Below, one piece after another: positions 37,668-48,973 of a stretch of 64,000 bases of DNA (within the stretch, counting starts at the first letter, position 1; the number at the start of each line of letters is the position of its first letter). The translations under genes and the position numbers were made by a program. Location: NCBI GenBank assembly GCA_011109175.1, contig RDEW01000010.1:1020796-1084795 (forward strand). Reading direction: 5' to 3'. Source of the stretch: Dicyema japonicum. Its lineage: Eukaryota > Animalia > Dicyemida. The notes beneath the pieces were generated by a model. The model saw only the letters and a list, made by a program, of their open reading frames with translations, was not told where the DNA came from and did not search any database.

Positions 37668-38080
37668 ATGCTCAATTTATTTTTATCAATGGTCGCTTTA
37701 ATATTAAATAACCGCCGAATACGTAGGGCAGAAGAAGAACTACAAAGTAAGTTTATTTATATTTTTAATTAGATGAAAGATGCGAAATAATAGCTCATTC
37801 ACTAGAAAACGAAAATTCAATATGGGACGATATATACAAATATATACTAAGCAGAGTTAATCAATTACACTCACAATTTGTCGACTCGTGTCTTAATGAA
37901 TATAATAATGTAACTTATTATGCGACATTGGTGTCACATGTCGAACATAGTCGAGCAAATCGAAATTCTTACTGCGAACAAGCCACATCACTTCGTTTAA
38001 TCAATGCATTATTTATAATAAACCTTAATACAACGACTAATGTGTTTACGCAGTATGTGGATTGTGTCTTAGATTACTAA
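37668..38080 (+). CDS. Unrecognised secreted 4-Cys protein family, intact copy 4 (128 aa)
   Basis: Exon 1 37668-37746, 26-nt intron 37747-37772, exon 2 37773-38080. Colinear with copy 3 at an offset of 4920 nt, with an open frame and a downstream AATAAA. Confidence 0.85.
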
Positions 38081-39289
38081 CAAACTAATTGTACTTTTCT
38101 GATTAACGTCGTTATCAATAAATTTTGTGTTTCATGTCATCACCAAAGAGATTTTTTTTCACTGAATTCAAAAATGGAGTAAAAAGGAAAAATTCAATAG
38201 ACCACGGTAACTAATCACGTGATCACGGCATGCTCCAAAAGAGACTTCCTCGAGCCAAACAAGTACGAATGGACCGTATAACTGGTTCATCGTTGTCGCA
38301 ACGGCAGTTCTTACGTATATTCATAGGTCACCCACCATACCACAGCCAGTCGAGCACTGAGTTAAAAAATAAATATCTTATATATTTTTAAAAACATATC
38401 AGGCTTAGAATCTGAGGTCCCCTTCGAATCTTGTCCATTGCTTTGGTAATTGTTGACGTTTTTGTGCGTATATCAGTCTTCTGAACTCAGGCATTGTTAT
38501 TTCCTCTCCAACTTAGACTTGAACCCTTCCAAAAGCATAGCCCATCCACCTCTAGGGACACGACCGAGTCTAGAGCGCGTGCTTTTAATAATCGAGGTAT
38601 CCCATAGTTCTCGACAATCAGCTGTTGAGGAAGACATTATTACTCGTAAAACCGGAAATTTCGTGTTGTTTTGCTGAGGACGAATCCTAGAAGCATCCGC
38701 GTCGGAAACATGTCGGACAAACTCGGCGGCCGTTCGATTTGGGTTTTCTTTACTCAATTCGGAAAAATTCGCATAATCCGATAAATTTAGATAATTCTTA
38801 CCAACAACAACCATTAACCTTTTTAAAAAACTAATAATTTTTCTTAATCAACATAATTTTGAATATTGAATCCCGCCGGCATAATTGATGAAAAGTTGCC
38901 TCACATGAAAGCAATAATGATCAACTGGAAAATCCACTGGGTTTTACGGAGGTTGTGGTTTCTGAGTGTGCCAGACGTCCCAGTCTCTTGAGAAAATACC
39001 GTGACTTCCCACTTATTTCTCCAGTTGACTCTATGACAAAAGCGTGGAACATCTTCATTAAATACAAATTAAATGAATTTCGATTTTCAGTAGATAGATA
39101 ATTTTATTAACATAACAAACTCGTTACTAATTAAAAAACTAATTAAAAAGGGATAAGCCAACGATTTTGTCCTGGTTGATGGGGTCTGGTATAACGAGAC
39201 ACCATATGTCTCTTTTTCGAATTATTGACCTTTTGCATCCGACAAGAATTATTTTTTCAAATGGTGCAATATTTCCTCAACGGATCTTG

Positions 39290-40040
39290 CACGTCTCTCA
39301 TGATTAGGCGGTAATTTAGACTTTAAATTCTTGCAGCGATCCGATTCCCTAGACAAATCAAGAATTCCAGTGTTGCAGGAGCAAGGGAACCATACGTCTC
39401 AACGGCAAGTCGGACAAACAAAAAATCCTTAGGTAGGACCGCGTACTTTTCCCGTTTCAACTTCTCGGCCTTCTCAGGCTCCAGAGGCATCTGCTGTAGG
39501 TTGGTAGAGGCAAACGTGTCGGTGCAGGTAACGTCCCAGACAAGAGGTTTATCGTTACCAGCTTCAAAGAGGAAGACTGTCATCCTGTCTAGTCGTTTCC
39601 CGTCCCGCCTGCAAAGACCGACTGGTTCGAGCATGGAGGGATGTCCGACAGCATCTAAAGCTCTCCTAACGACTTCGTTCAAAGCATGTGTCTGGGAAAT
39701 CTGCCTGCACTCTTCCTGCAGGAGAGAGGTTGTAAGCCAAAACAGTCAAGCTGGTCTCCCCATCGGCACGGATGTGGAACACAGACTTTTAATCCCAGTC
39801 GTAATGAGATCCCAATACGGACGCATTCATCATCCAGGAAGGTACCCATAACTCCATTGGGAACGGCGTTGAGCCAAACATCGCTCTCGGAAAACTGCCC
39901 CGACAACAAACAGGCACGGCGATGTTGGCTACATGACACTAGCAAATCTTCGAAAGAATTCCAAATAAAGCATCGTCCAGGCCCCGCTGAGAGATCGAGG
40001 AAAGCAGGAAAGCTGATAAGCACGGTTCTCGAGAATTAGG
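39290..40040 (-). mobile_element. CRE-like retrotransposon 3' part
   Basis: ORFs 39679-40023 and 39323-39682 with WLNAVP, SCRKSAGRFPRH, WDVTCTD and AVETYG. Confidence 0.85.
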
Positions 40041-40694
40041 AATAAAATTTTGCTGTTTAAAAATCTTTTGGCTGTGAGTTTGACAGGATGCCTAATGAAC
40101 TGTAATTGGAGGTCATTGCATATTGAAACAGTGAAGGAACCTTTCTTTAATTCTAATGGTGACATCAATGGTTGGGACAGTTTACGTTTGTGAACAATTT
40201 TTTTTCAAAAATGAATATTTTCAATGAATGATGAACACGTGAAACAATCATAAAGCAAACATCGAAGACAATTTAAAAGGAAAGCGTCAGTTCCACTAAT
40301 CTCACCAGCTTTTTTTCCATTTTTGAGTTTATTATCGATATCTTCCGAGAAAGCACTTGATTAGCTGCTGTACATTATCTCTCGGTTTTTTCAACAGGTT
40401 TGAAGTTCATTACCAAAAAACATCAACTTGGACTCGATTTGTCAATTCATGTGGTCAGTATTTGCCGTCTTCATCAAACAAAAAATATCGCACATTCTAT
40501 TTTGGGATTAAAATAATTAATTTTAGCCTCAGTACGTTGAGCTATGCATTTCTATACATGTGCCTCATGGGGACCTCACATTTCTTAGACTAATAACAGA
40601 ATAACTTAAAAAATGTTTTTGGAGTTCCGACAGATCTGTGATTCTCTTTGATTTAAGTCAGTTTGAGCCCGTGGATTAGTAAACGATAATCATG

Positions 40695-40814
40695 TAGCCT
40701 ATAAAGAATAAGATACTTTTTCCCTGCAGTCGATTTGGCTGAGAATAATACATTTTTAAATATGCATGCACATCGTCTTAGATATAAAAGAACTTGTGCG
40801 TTTGCGAATTGATG
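40695..40814 (+). promoter_or_regulatory. Orphan sixth promoter and ATG of the secreted family, cut by a retroposon insertion
   Basis: Homologous to 45240-45359, with TATAAAA at 40783 and ATG at 40812. A short retroposon follows immediately. Confidence 0.6.
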
Positions 40815-41369
40815 AATTATTCCACGGGTAAAACCAAACTAAAATAGAATTATTCCACGGGTAAATCCAAACTAACTAATTTCTGACGCGTTCCAGCATA
40901 ATCTTCACCAAGAACAGTGATTCAGAGGGTGTTGTCCGTCGATTCCAGAACTTGTTGCCAGGGAATTAAATTGTCTCCCGGTGGAAAGAATAGTTGGATC
41001 CTCTTGAATCTCGGCCAGGCATTGTGCATCACCTGTAAGGTAGATCCAATGGCGCTATCAGAGGAAAGGAGAAGAAATTTTCACCCCAATTAGCCGGATA
41101 CCACCACATGGCGCCACATCACGCGCCTTAAATACTTAATTTATGGTATTATTTTTAGTTAAAAAGTAAATATAAAATTAACAATTTCTTAAGATTAATA
41201 TATTTTTTATTTATTAATTTTTTTGAAATTTACAAATATTCAGTTCATAGAGAAACAACTTAATCCCTTTAATCTACTTTAGAATAATGAAGATTCTATT
41301 ATTTTTTTACATGAAGGGGGTTTTTCCGGTAAAAGATATTGTAGTCGTTATTTGTTTAATTACCGATAG

Positions 41370-41720
41370 GTGGTGTAGGAATGATAGTAGAAATAGATGA
41401 AAGTATATATTTTCTAAACGAAAAAATAATTGGGAACGATTATTCACCCAACAATGGATTATTGTGGAAACTAAAAAATGTTTCTCATGGAAATTCAAGA
41501 TCGCACTATGAAAACACTTACAAAAGCGATAATCTAGAATGTGACAGTTGGCTTAACACTTATATCTATTGGCGATGAGTTGACCAACAGTCTTCAAGAT
41601 ATAGGTTTGGTACATATGTCGGTAAATCGTCACTATAACATTATTGACGCGAGTACTGGCCTACACAATGCATATAGAGGGGTTCTAGTATCATTAAAAC
41701 TTTTGCAGATTGAGGGGTAA
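41370..41720 (+). mobile_element. Merlin (IS1595/ISXO2-like) transposase remnant
   Basis: IVEIDES followed after a frameshift by KRKNN...QQWI, then HMSVN and IEG remnants. Confidence 0.65.
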
Positions 41721-42299
41721 TACTAAATGGCGAAACTAAAGGAAGGTGGAACCATATGACACATTCTAAACAGCTATTTCGTCCCTAACCTCACCCGTAA
41801 CCCTAACCATGAATTCGACGCAATATTAATGGGAATACGGAATCTTTAGCCCCAACAACAAATTATGACTAAATAAAACTATTTTAAAGACCAGACGTGC
41901 TCGGGCTAATAACTACAGAAGTCTCAACGGAGATCGGCTGGACAACGAAACGGTTCACGATGTCGTGGTACTTCCTTTTTTCAAATCATCAGCAGTGCTC
42001 GCTGCGGAACCCGCGTGCAACGATGACTTAAGCAAATTCCTATTAGAGAAAGTGTTCATGCATGTTGAATCCCCCAAGACACCTCCCATGACTTAAAGGG
42101 AGGTTTGTTTCTTATTATTAACCCAAGAACATCAATAGTTAATTTAATTACTAAATTAATTAAGTGATCTCGAAAGCCTCTATCAGATTTCTTATTTTCT
42201 CCTCGTACGCCTTCTGGGATCCAACGCAACTTCTCTGTGGGCGGGGTGGTTTCGGGAATAGAAATTTGAGAAGGGTGATGTATACCCTTCTTATAAGAC

Positions 42300-44880
42300 A
42301 CGTCGTGGCTGTGTATTGTTAAGAGTTGCACTGCCTGCACATGGTAGTAAATTTCTTTCCATTTTGTCGGATAAGGTCGTCAAGTGATGAGGGTATTAGT
42401 TTTTTTAGTTTCCCGAGATCCCCAAGATTTCAGTTTACTAGTGAAAGGTATTTTTGTCTGGTTGATAAATATATCCACCATCATTTGTCCAAGTTGTTTG
42501 TCAGAGGTAAATATTCTTCAGTCTTTCTGATGCCTTTAGGAGATCTTGATCGCGGGATCCGATTAAAAAGTCATCAGCGGAGGAAATCGTCTTTATTATC
42601 GGGTTGTGGTAAATCGGACATGCATAAGTTAAATAAGGCGGGTGATAAAGGGGAGCCTTTTGGGACACTATTGGGTAGTAATTTTGAAACTGATTTGGTC
42701 CCATCCATGTTTACCCGGGCCCTTCTTCCATTGATGGAATTAGCAGCTAAAGTTTTATATTGGAGTTTACGGAGAGGCCAAACAATTTCTGGGTTAGGAT
42801 TTTCCTTGAGACAGAGTCGAAGGCCTTTTGTAAATCGATCGAGCAAACGACTGTTTTGAGGTGGCGTGGATTTGTGTTTAAGCCTTCAAGGATAAATTGG
42901 TTGAGGGAAGTTAGGTGGGTAGAAGTTGAATATCCCTTTCTGAATCCATGTTGTGAAGACGAAAAAAAGGGACGGGGTTATAAGGTTAAGAATCAATTTT
43001 CCAATAACTTTGATAAGCTGCATAGTAAAGAGATTGGTCGAAGTGATGCAGGATTTTCCTTAGGCTTCCCAGGCTTAAGGATTGGGCGTATATAGAACAG
43101 TTTCCAAATAGTCGGAATTGTATTCATGTTTATTGAATAGTTGAGAATCACTGTGATTACATCAATCGCAATAGGTCCAAGATGTTTTAGTAAGATACCA
43201 GAAATAGAATCAGACCCACGTGAGAGCGAAGAATTCATCCTCTTCAAACTCTCACTGACATCTGAATGTGAGATAAAGTCAATCAGTTCTCTTCGGTCTC
43301 ATTGAAGACAAAGAAGGCCCATCCATTTTTTTGTAAGTTTTGTGGCTTATACTGGCGTAATATTTCATAAGTTTGTTAAAACTGTACTGATCCGTCTGTT
43401 GTCTGTTAAAAGTACCTTTAGGCCAAATTGTCTAATTTCTCTCCACATCGTCTGAACAGACTCTGAAATGGACGGGAAGATACTAGTTTGTCCCATTTGT
43501 TGGCTTCAGCTTTTCTAATCCTTTTATATATTTCGTCATTGAGAGTTTTTGTTTGAATTTTCTTTCCGAGAAGGAAGGTACGTGTCTTTTCAGGGGATTC
43601 CTTTCTTTAATTAATGATTTGGTGTTCTGATCGAGATTTTCATTGTAGAATCTAAATGATCCGCGCGGAATGAATGTTCTCCCGCCATGAGAATAGTTTT
43701 GTTTAAAAAGTCAATAGCATCATCTATTGAGAGACTATCCTTATGTTAAAGTTTAGTAGAGCTTGATCGATGTATTTTGAATAGTCTTTCCAGTTTGCTT
43801 TCTTATAGTTGAAAAATGAAACAGTCTCTTTCCTGTGGTAAAGAACTTTTTTGATTCAAATGATGATTGGATTGTGGTCAGAAAATAATTCCCATAATTC
43901 ACCGTCCAAGCTGTGTCCGTGCAAGGTTTGGGGAACAGAGGTAATGTCTAGGGACGTTGATGCTTCGTTTTCCTTGTAAGGAGTCCTAGTGTGCTTCTTG
44001 GAGTTGTTGAGGATAGTCAGGAAGGTGAGCTAGTGTAATAAGGATAATCCTCTTGAGCCTGTGATTTTAACCAGGCTGGATGTTTAGCATTGAAATCTCC
44101 ACACAATATCAGGCTTCCGAGCTTGTTTAACTTGGTTAGGTTTAGTGAGAATCCCTTCGGGCAAGAAGATGGAGAGGGACGTAGATGTTTGTAATCTAAA
44201 GAGTCCCAATCCACTTGTAATTGATATCCCAGATATTTCCGTGGTCCCATCGTTTATTAGTGATTGTAGTTTTGCTGAGATGTCCGTAAATTGAATGTTA
44301 TCTTATAATGATAAAGAGACCCCCACCACGACGGTTCGAGCGGTCCAGGCGGATGCAGTGATATCCTGGAAAATGCGAGGTAAGTTATGATGGAATAAGT
44401 CAGTTTTCTTGAAGTGAAATCAGGTCAATGTTCTGTTCTTTAATGAAAGACCGCAATTCGAGAATTTTGCTTTTGATTCCGTTGATGTTTATCTGCAGAA
44501 TTAAGAGTGGAGGCCTGGATCAAGTTCAATGTCACCGACGAGAATTATCAGAAACCCATTCAGCCGAGGGGAATTAAGAAAGGGAAGACGCTGTCGTCCA
44601 AAGAATCATTCTTCGGATGGGAGGTTGTTAATGGTCATTTTTCGCGTTGCATTAAGTGCACCCTGAGTGCCTCCAGAAGGCTCATCACTGGTAGACCACA
44701 TGACGCCACGTTCTAATATTGCGAAAACATTGTCAATAAATATCCAAAGGATTTCCATTGGACGGAAATTTGTTTTGTAATTATGCAAGAAGCAGTGGTT
44801 TATCGAAAAGCACCGCAACTCAAAACACATTGCACGGATTCCAAATACGAACAATAGATTGCAAATTATATTAAAAATGA
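42300..44880 (-). mobile_element. I/Jockey-like LINE, largely complete ORF2 (APE plus RT), decayed
   Basis: ILQINING, LQEN, GGGL and CGDFNAKH (APE); LRPISLLCSLSKLLE, QHGFR, VPKGSPLSPALFN and ADD (RT). Confidence 0.88.
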
Positions 44881-45356
44881 CTTTACTACTTATTGTTGGC
44901 TATTGACTTCCAGAGACATTTTCACATGCAAATATGCCGCTTTGTAAGCTATGAAATCATGCAATCAAACTTTTTCGACTGGAAGACATTGGATATAGAA
45001 AATTTCAAAACGTGGATCGTCCAGTAAACTACTATCATATCACAGGCTGTTAGTGTTATCACGATGTAAGCGTTATTATAAAGAAAATCAATTAATTTAT
45101 TTTTTCCACTACACATTGAGAGATCACTGTAACAATCTCTTGCCTCGATACATAATAGCGCATTTCTTTGCCAATCATCAGGGTAAATGCGTTTTCAATT
45201 ATGAGAGCACCAGTAGTTGTTAACTGCTAGTTTTTGCATTGTCTGTAAAGTATAAGATATTTTTCCTTGCTGTCGATTTGGCTGAGAACATAATAAATTT
45301 TTTAAATATGCATTCACATCGTCTTAGATACAAAAAACTAATGCGTTTGCCAATTG

Positions 45357-45730
45357 ATGCTGGTTTTATTGGTAGTAAAAATTAAATAGTAACTTTATAT
45401 TTAATTTAAATAGAAAAACTGTTGACAGAAGCTTTCCCAATTTTTTTAGCATTGAAAGCTATTTACAGACAGTCAAATGATCGTGTCGATAGTATCCGAA
45501 AAAGACATAAAAGAATTTGTCTTAAAAGTACTGGAGAGCAAAGTATTATACAACACTTGGATATCTTAAAGATTTTCATAGTAAGAACGAACCAAACCAT
45601 AATCTTCAAAAAGTGCCCTATTTGTGTGTAGCAATTTCAATTTAAAAAAAACATGCACAGTACATCAATTAGATATGATCAGTACATAGAATCTATTTTA
45701 AATGAAGATTATTCTCCTAAGACTTTGTAA
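45357..45730 (+). pseudogene. Divergent member of the secreted family, copy 5
   Basis: Same promoter block and ATG spacing, and a ~25-nt GT-AG intron. IYRQSNDRVDSIRKRHKRICL aligns gap-free to IYKYILSRVNQLHTQFVDSCL, and KNMHSTSIRYDQYIESIL aligns to KNLNSTNIKLKLYLDCVL. Several frameshifts. Confidence 0.6.
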
Positions 45731-46119
45731 ACTAATTAATAATTTTACTTTCTTGGTTAAATTTTCTTTATTCAGTTAATTTCAATATCAGAAAAATAAA
45801 CAAAATAATATTAGTATAACACGACAATACACAAAAAGTTTCAAAAAATAAAGTACAATACAATTTCGAAACAGATATGTTACAGGTCTTTCTATAAATA
45901 AATGGAAAGACCTGGAGCAGCTGCTTCAATTGCGGAAAACCTAAAAATCAAAAAATATTCTTGCCTCGAGGACCGCTATTGCTTTACTCTGGTTGCGGTC
46001 GAGTCATCAGGAGCCGTTGGTTTAATGACGGCTGAGTTCTTGCGAACTTAAGGAATGCTTGCCAGAAAAAAAAGGGATAAACGAGAAGGGGTCTGGTTGA
46101 GACAAAAGATTGGAGTTTC

Positions 46120-46690
46120 TTTGTTCTGAGCAACGTCCAGTAAGGCGTACCCGACTTTAAATTGCTTCCCCGCTATCCTAAGGTCTTTATCCAGCGAAAC
46201 CGGGAGAGTATTTCTCGGGTTCCCTCTGAAACGAGGTCCATCAGCTTCGAAATAGTCCTCCATGACAGTATTTCTGCTGCCTCCAAATCCATTCTTAGAA
46301 TGTGTCCGAATAGTCTCCACCTGCATGCCGTTATTTCTAGTGAGACAGGTTTGCTTGATGTCCTGGTATAAACTATTTTGCTTCTGAGCCTTGAATGCCA
46401 TGTCGAGGCTAGAGTACGTTGAAACTGATCTCTATGGAACGAGTCTAGATTGTGATTGTCCGTATCAGAAAGTCACCATGTTCCGGCATTGTAGAGGAGA
46501 ATAGACTTCACCAGTAAATTGTATAAACGTATCCGTGTTTGTGTACTCAATCCTTTACGCTTTAGCCAGTTTTCCTTTAGGCTGCGTAGTGCACTGTTTG
46601 CATGTGTTTTCCGCATAATTACGTTTTGTTCATCTCCCAATAACGATCCGAGTTTCTTTATATTTCTCCAATGTTTATCCATCTTGTTAA
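46120..46690 (-). mobile_element. RTE-like 3' fragment
   Basis: KKLGSLLGD...LLYNAGTW and RGNPRNTLP motifs. Confidence 0.8.
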
Positions 46691-46699
46691 ATAATATTA

Positions 46700-48973
46700 T
46701 TATTTAAGCACTTCACGAGAGCCCCGCATGTGCAGCAAAAGAAACAGGGTTAGATGTCACTTTTGCATGCTCCCCTGTTTCTAGCCAAGGCTTTCATGTT
46801 GTCCAGGTCGTCGGCATTTTTAGATTTCTTTTGATATTGACCAGGTCTTTTTGTAAGACTATTGGCAGTGTTGTTCTACGTCTTCCACGATAGCGGCCTT
46901 CTTGACTTCTTGAACATAGTATGTTTCCATAGATATGTTAGGTGGGGATGTTAATTCCATCCTCAGCACGTGTCCGAAAAGCTCCATCTGGATTCCAGTA
47001 CTTCTAGGCTGATAGGTCTAGTGCTGGATCTCTTATATAAAGCATTCCTCTATATTCTCGTAGGCCAAGTAGTTCCTGTTATTTTTCTCAGCTGACCTCT
47101 GTGGAACGAGTCTAGTTTTTCCATATCCGCTGATGAGGTCGCTCTAGTTCCAGCGTTATATAAAAGTACGGGTTTTATGTATGAGTATAATAGGATTCTC
47201 ATTTTCGTGTCGATGCCTTTTTGATTGAGAATTCTTCAGTTTATATAACGCAGCATTGGCTAGAGTTTTCCTACGTAAATATCTTCGCTATCTCCCATAA
47301 GTAAACCGAGTTTCTTTACTTGTCGCCACTTTCTTCTAGGACGTGACTCATCCTTCTTATCTCTGTGAGTTCTGTTTTCTCTCTGTTCACAGTAAGAAAC
47401 CATTTCCCTAGTACATCTGGTGCTTTTTCTAATAGGTTTTCCAAAACCTCTTTGTCTTCAGAAATTAGGTATACATCGTCCGCGTAGATTACTTCTTCCG
47501 TCTTTCCTTGGTATGACGGTCTAAGTTCCCTCATAGCGGCTTCCATAAATTGTGAATAGTAGAGGAGAAAAGAGTCTCCTTGTGGAGTGCCCGTGTTTTT
47601 TTCAAATTTTCTTGAATAGGTTTTCCGACTCTCACAAGGAGCTCAGTGTTAGAAAGTAGAATTCGGATCATCCTTAGACTCGATTCATCAAGAAATCCGC
47701 TCAGTACCCCATTAATTTGTTCCTGTTAACCGTATCAAAAGCTCTTGATAGGTCAATTCCCAAATATTGGTGGCGTTACGGTATCTTTGATATGTTGCAC
47801 ACCTCCATCTGTGACTCCAGACCGCATCAGCTGTGGATCTCCTTCTCGAAAACCACTTTGACTATCTGGTAGGTATTTGTAAGCAGTCCTTTTATTCGTT
47901 CAAGCACAATGTTTGCCAAGACTTTGCGTAATGAATTTAGTAGTATGATGGGTCGCAAATTTTCGAGCGGTCCTCTGTTTGTTGATTTTTTGTATGGGGA
48001 TTAGTAGTCCCGTACCCAGAGGTAGAGTTGAGTTAGTGAAACATTTCATTAGCAGTTAGCAATTTTTCATTCAGGAGTCAGGGCCGTATTTCAGTAGTTC
48101 GGGTTTTGTCATCTGGTCCAGGACTTCTGTTATTCTTGAGTTTTCGACAGGCGTTTTGATTTCCTCGGGCCGTAATTTATCTCCAGGGGTCTTGATCTTC
48201 CATCATATGGTAAATTTCTATGGTTTTGATGTTGAAAAGCTTCTCAAATGAGTTGCGATGGCTTCAGTTTGTTCTTCGGTGTTCAGTATCAGCTTACCGT
48301 TCTCGTCTTTTATGGTTAGTCGACTTCGGTTTGTTCGCCGCAGCAAACGGGCAGCGACGTACAAATGTGCGTTGTCTTTCACATTGTTTACCTCTTCTAT
48401 ACAGGAAGCTATTTCTTATCATCTGGGTTTTCTTCATCCCGATTTTCGCATTCAAATCCCCAGCAATGAGTATTAGTGATGACGACTCAAATTCGTTGTA
48501 CGTCCGTAACAGTGCTGAATAGAAGTCGTCTAGTTCTGTCGGATCTTTCGCTACTCTCCCGCAGTGTGGCGCATAAACATTTATAATTGTCAGAAGCTCT
48601 TCGAAGGAGGTAAGTCGTTTAGACGGATTTGTATAACGCAGATCCTGTCATTCACACTCCATATAAGGTGGACTGCACTTGTCAACTTTGAGTGGATAGC
48701 AAATCCAAGTCCATAATATTTTGAGTCACTCGGTAGACACATTATTCGATATTCGCCATAGTTCTCATCAAGGCTATAAGTAACTTTCGTCTCTTGTAGG
48801 CACGCAATGGATATGTCATATCTTTCCAGGTCGTCACAGAGAATCTTCCTTGACCAGGTCGTAGATAAGCCTCTAGCATTGAACGTAAGGAGCTTTAGAC
48901 GAGATGCATCCCGTTGTATCCCTTGTTTTTTAGACATTTTTCTCAATTGCGATCCAATCAAGAAACGAGGCAC
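46700..48973 (-). mobile_element. RTE-like LINE, near full length, decayed
   Basis: APE N-terminus TFNARGL...ACLQETK, YAPH, KSPGPD, LRPIILL, YADD and a (TAA)n tail. Confidence 0.88.

Noticed and set aside
41780-41810. CCCTAACC telomere-like words
   Set aside because: Only two imperfect units within repeat debris; not a telomeric array.
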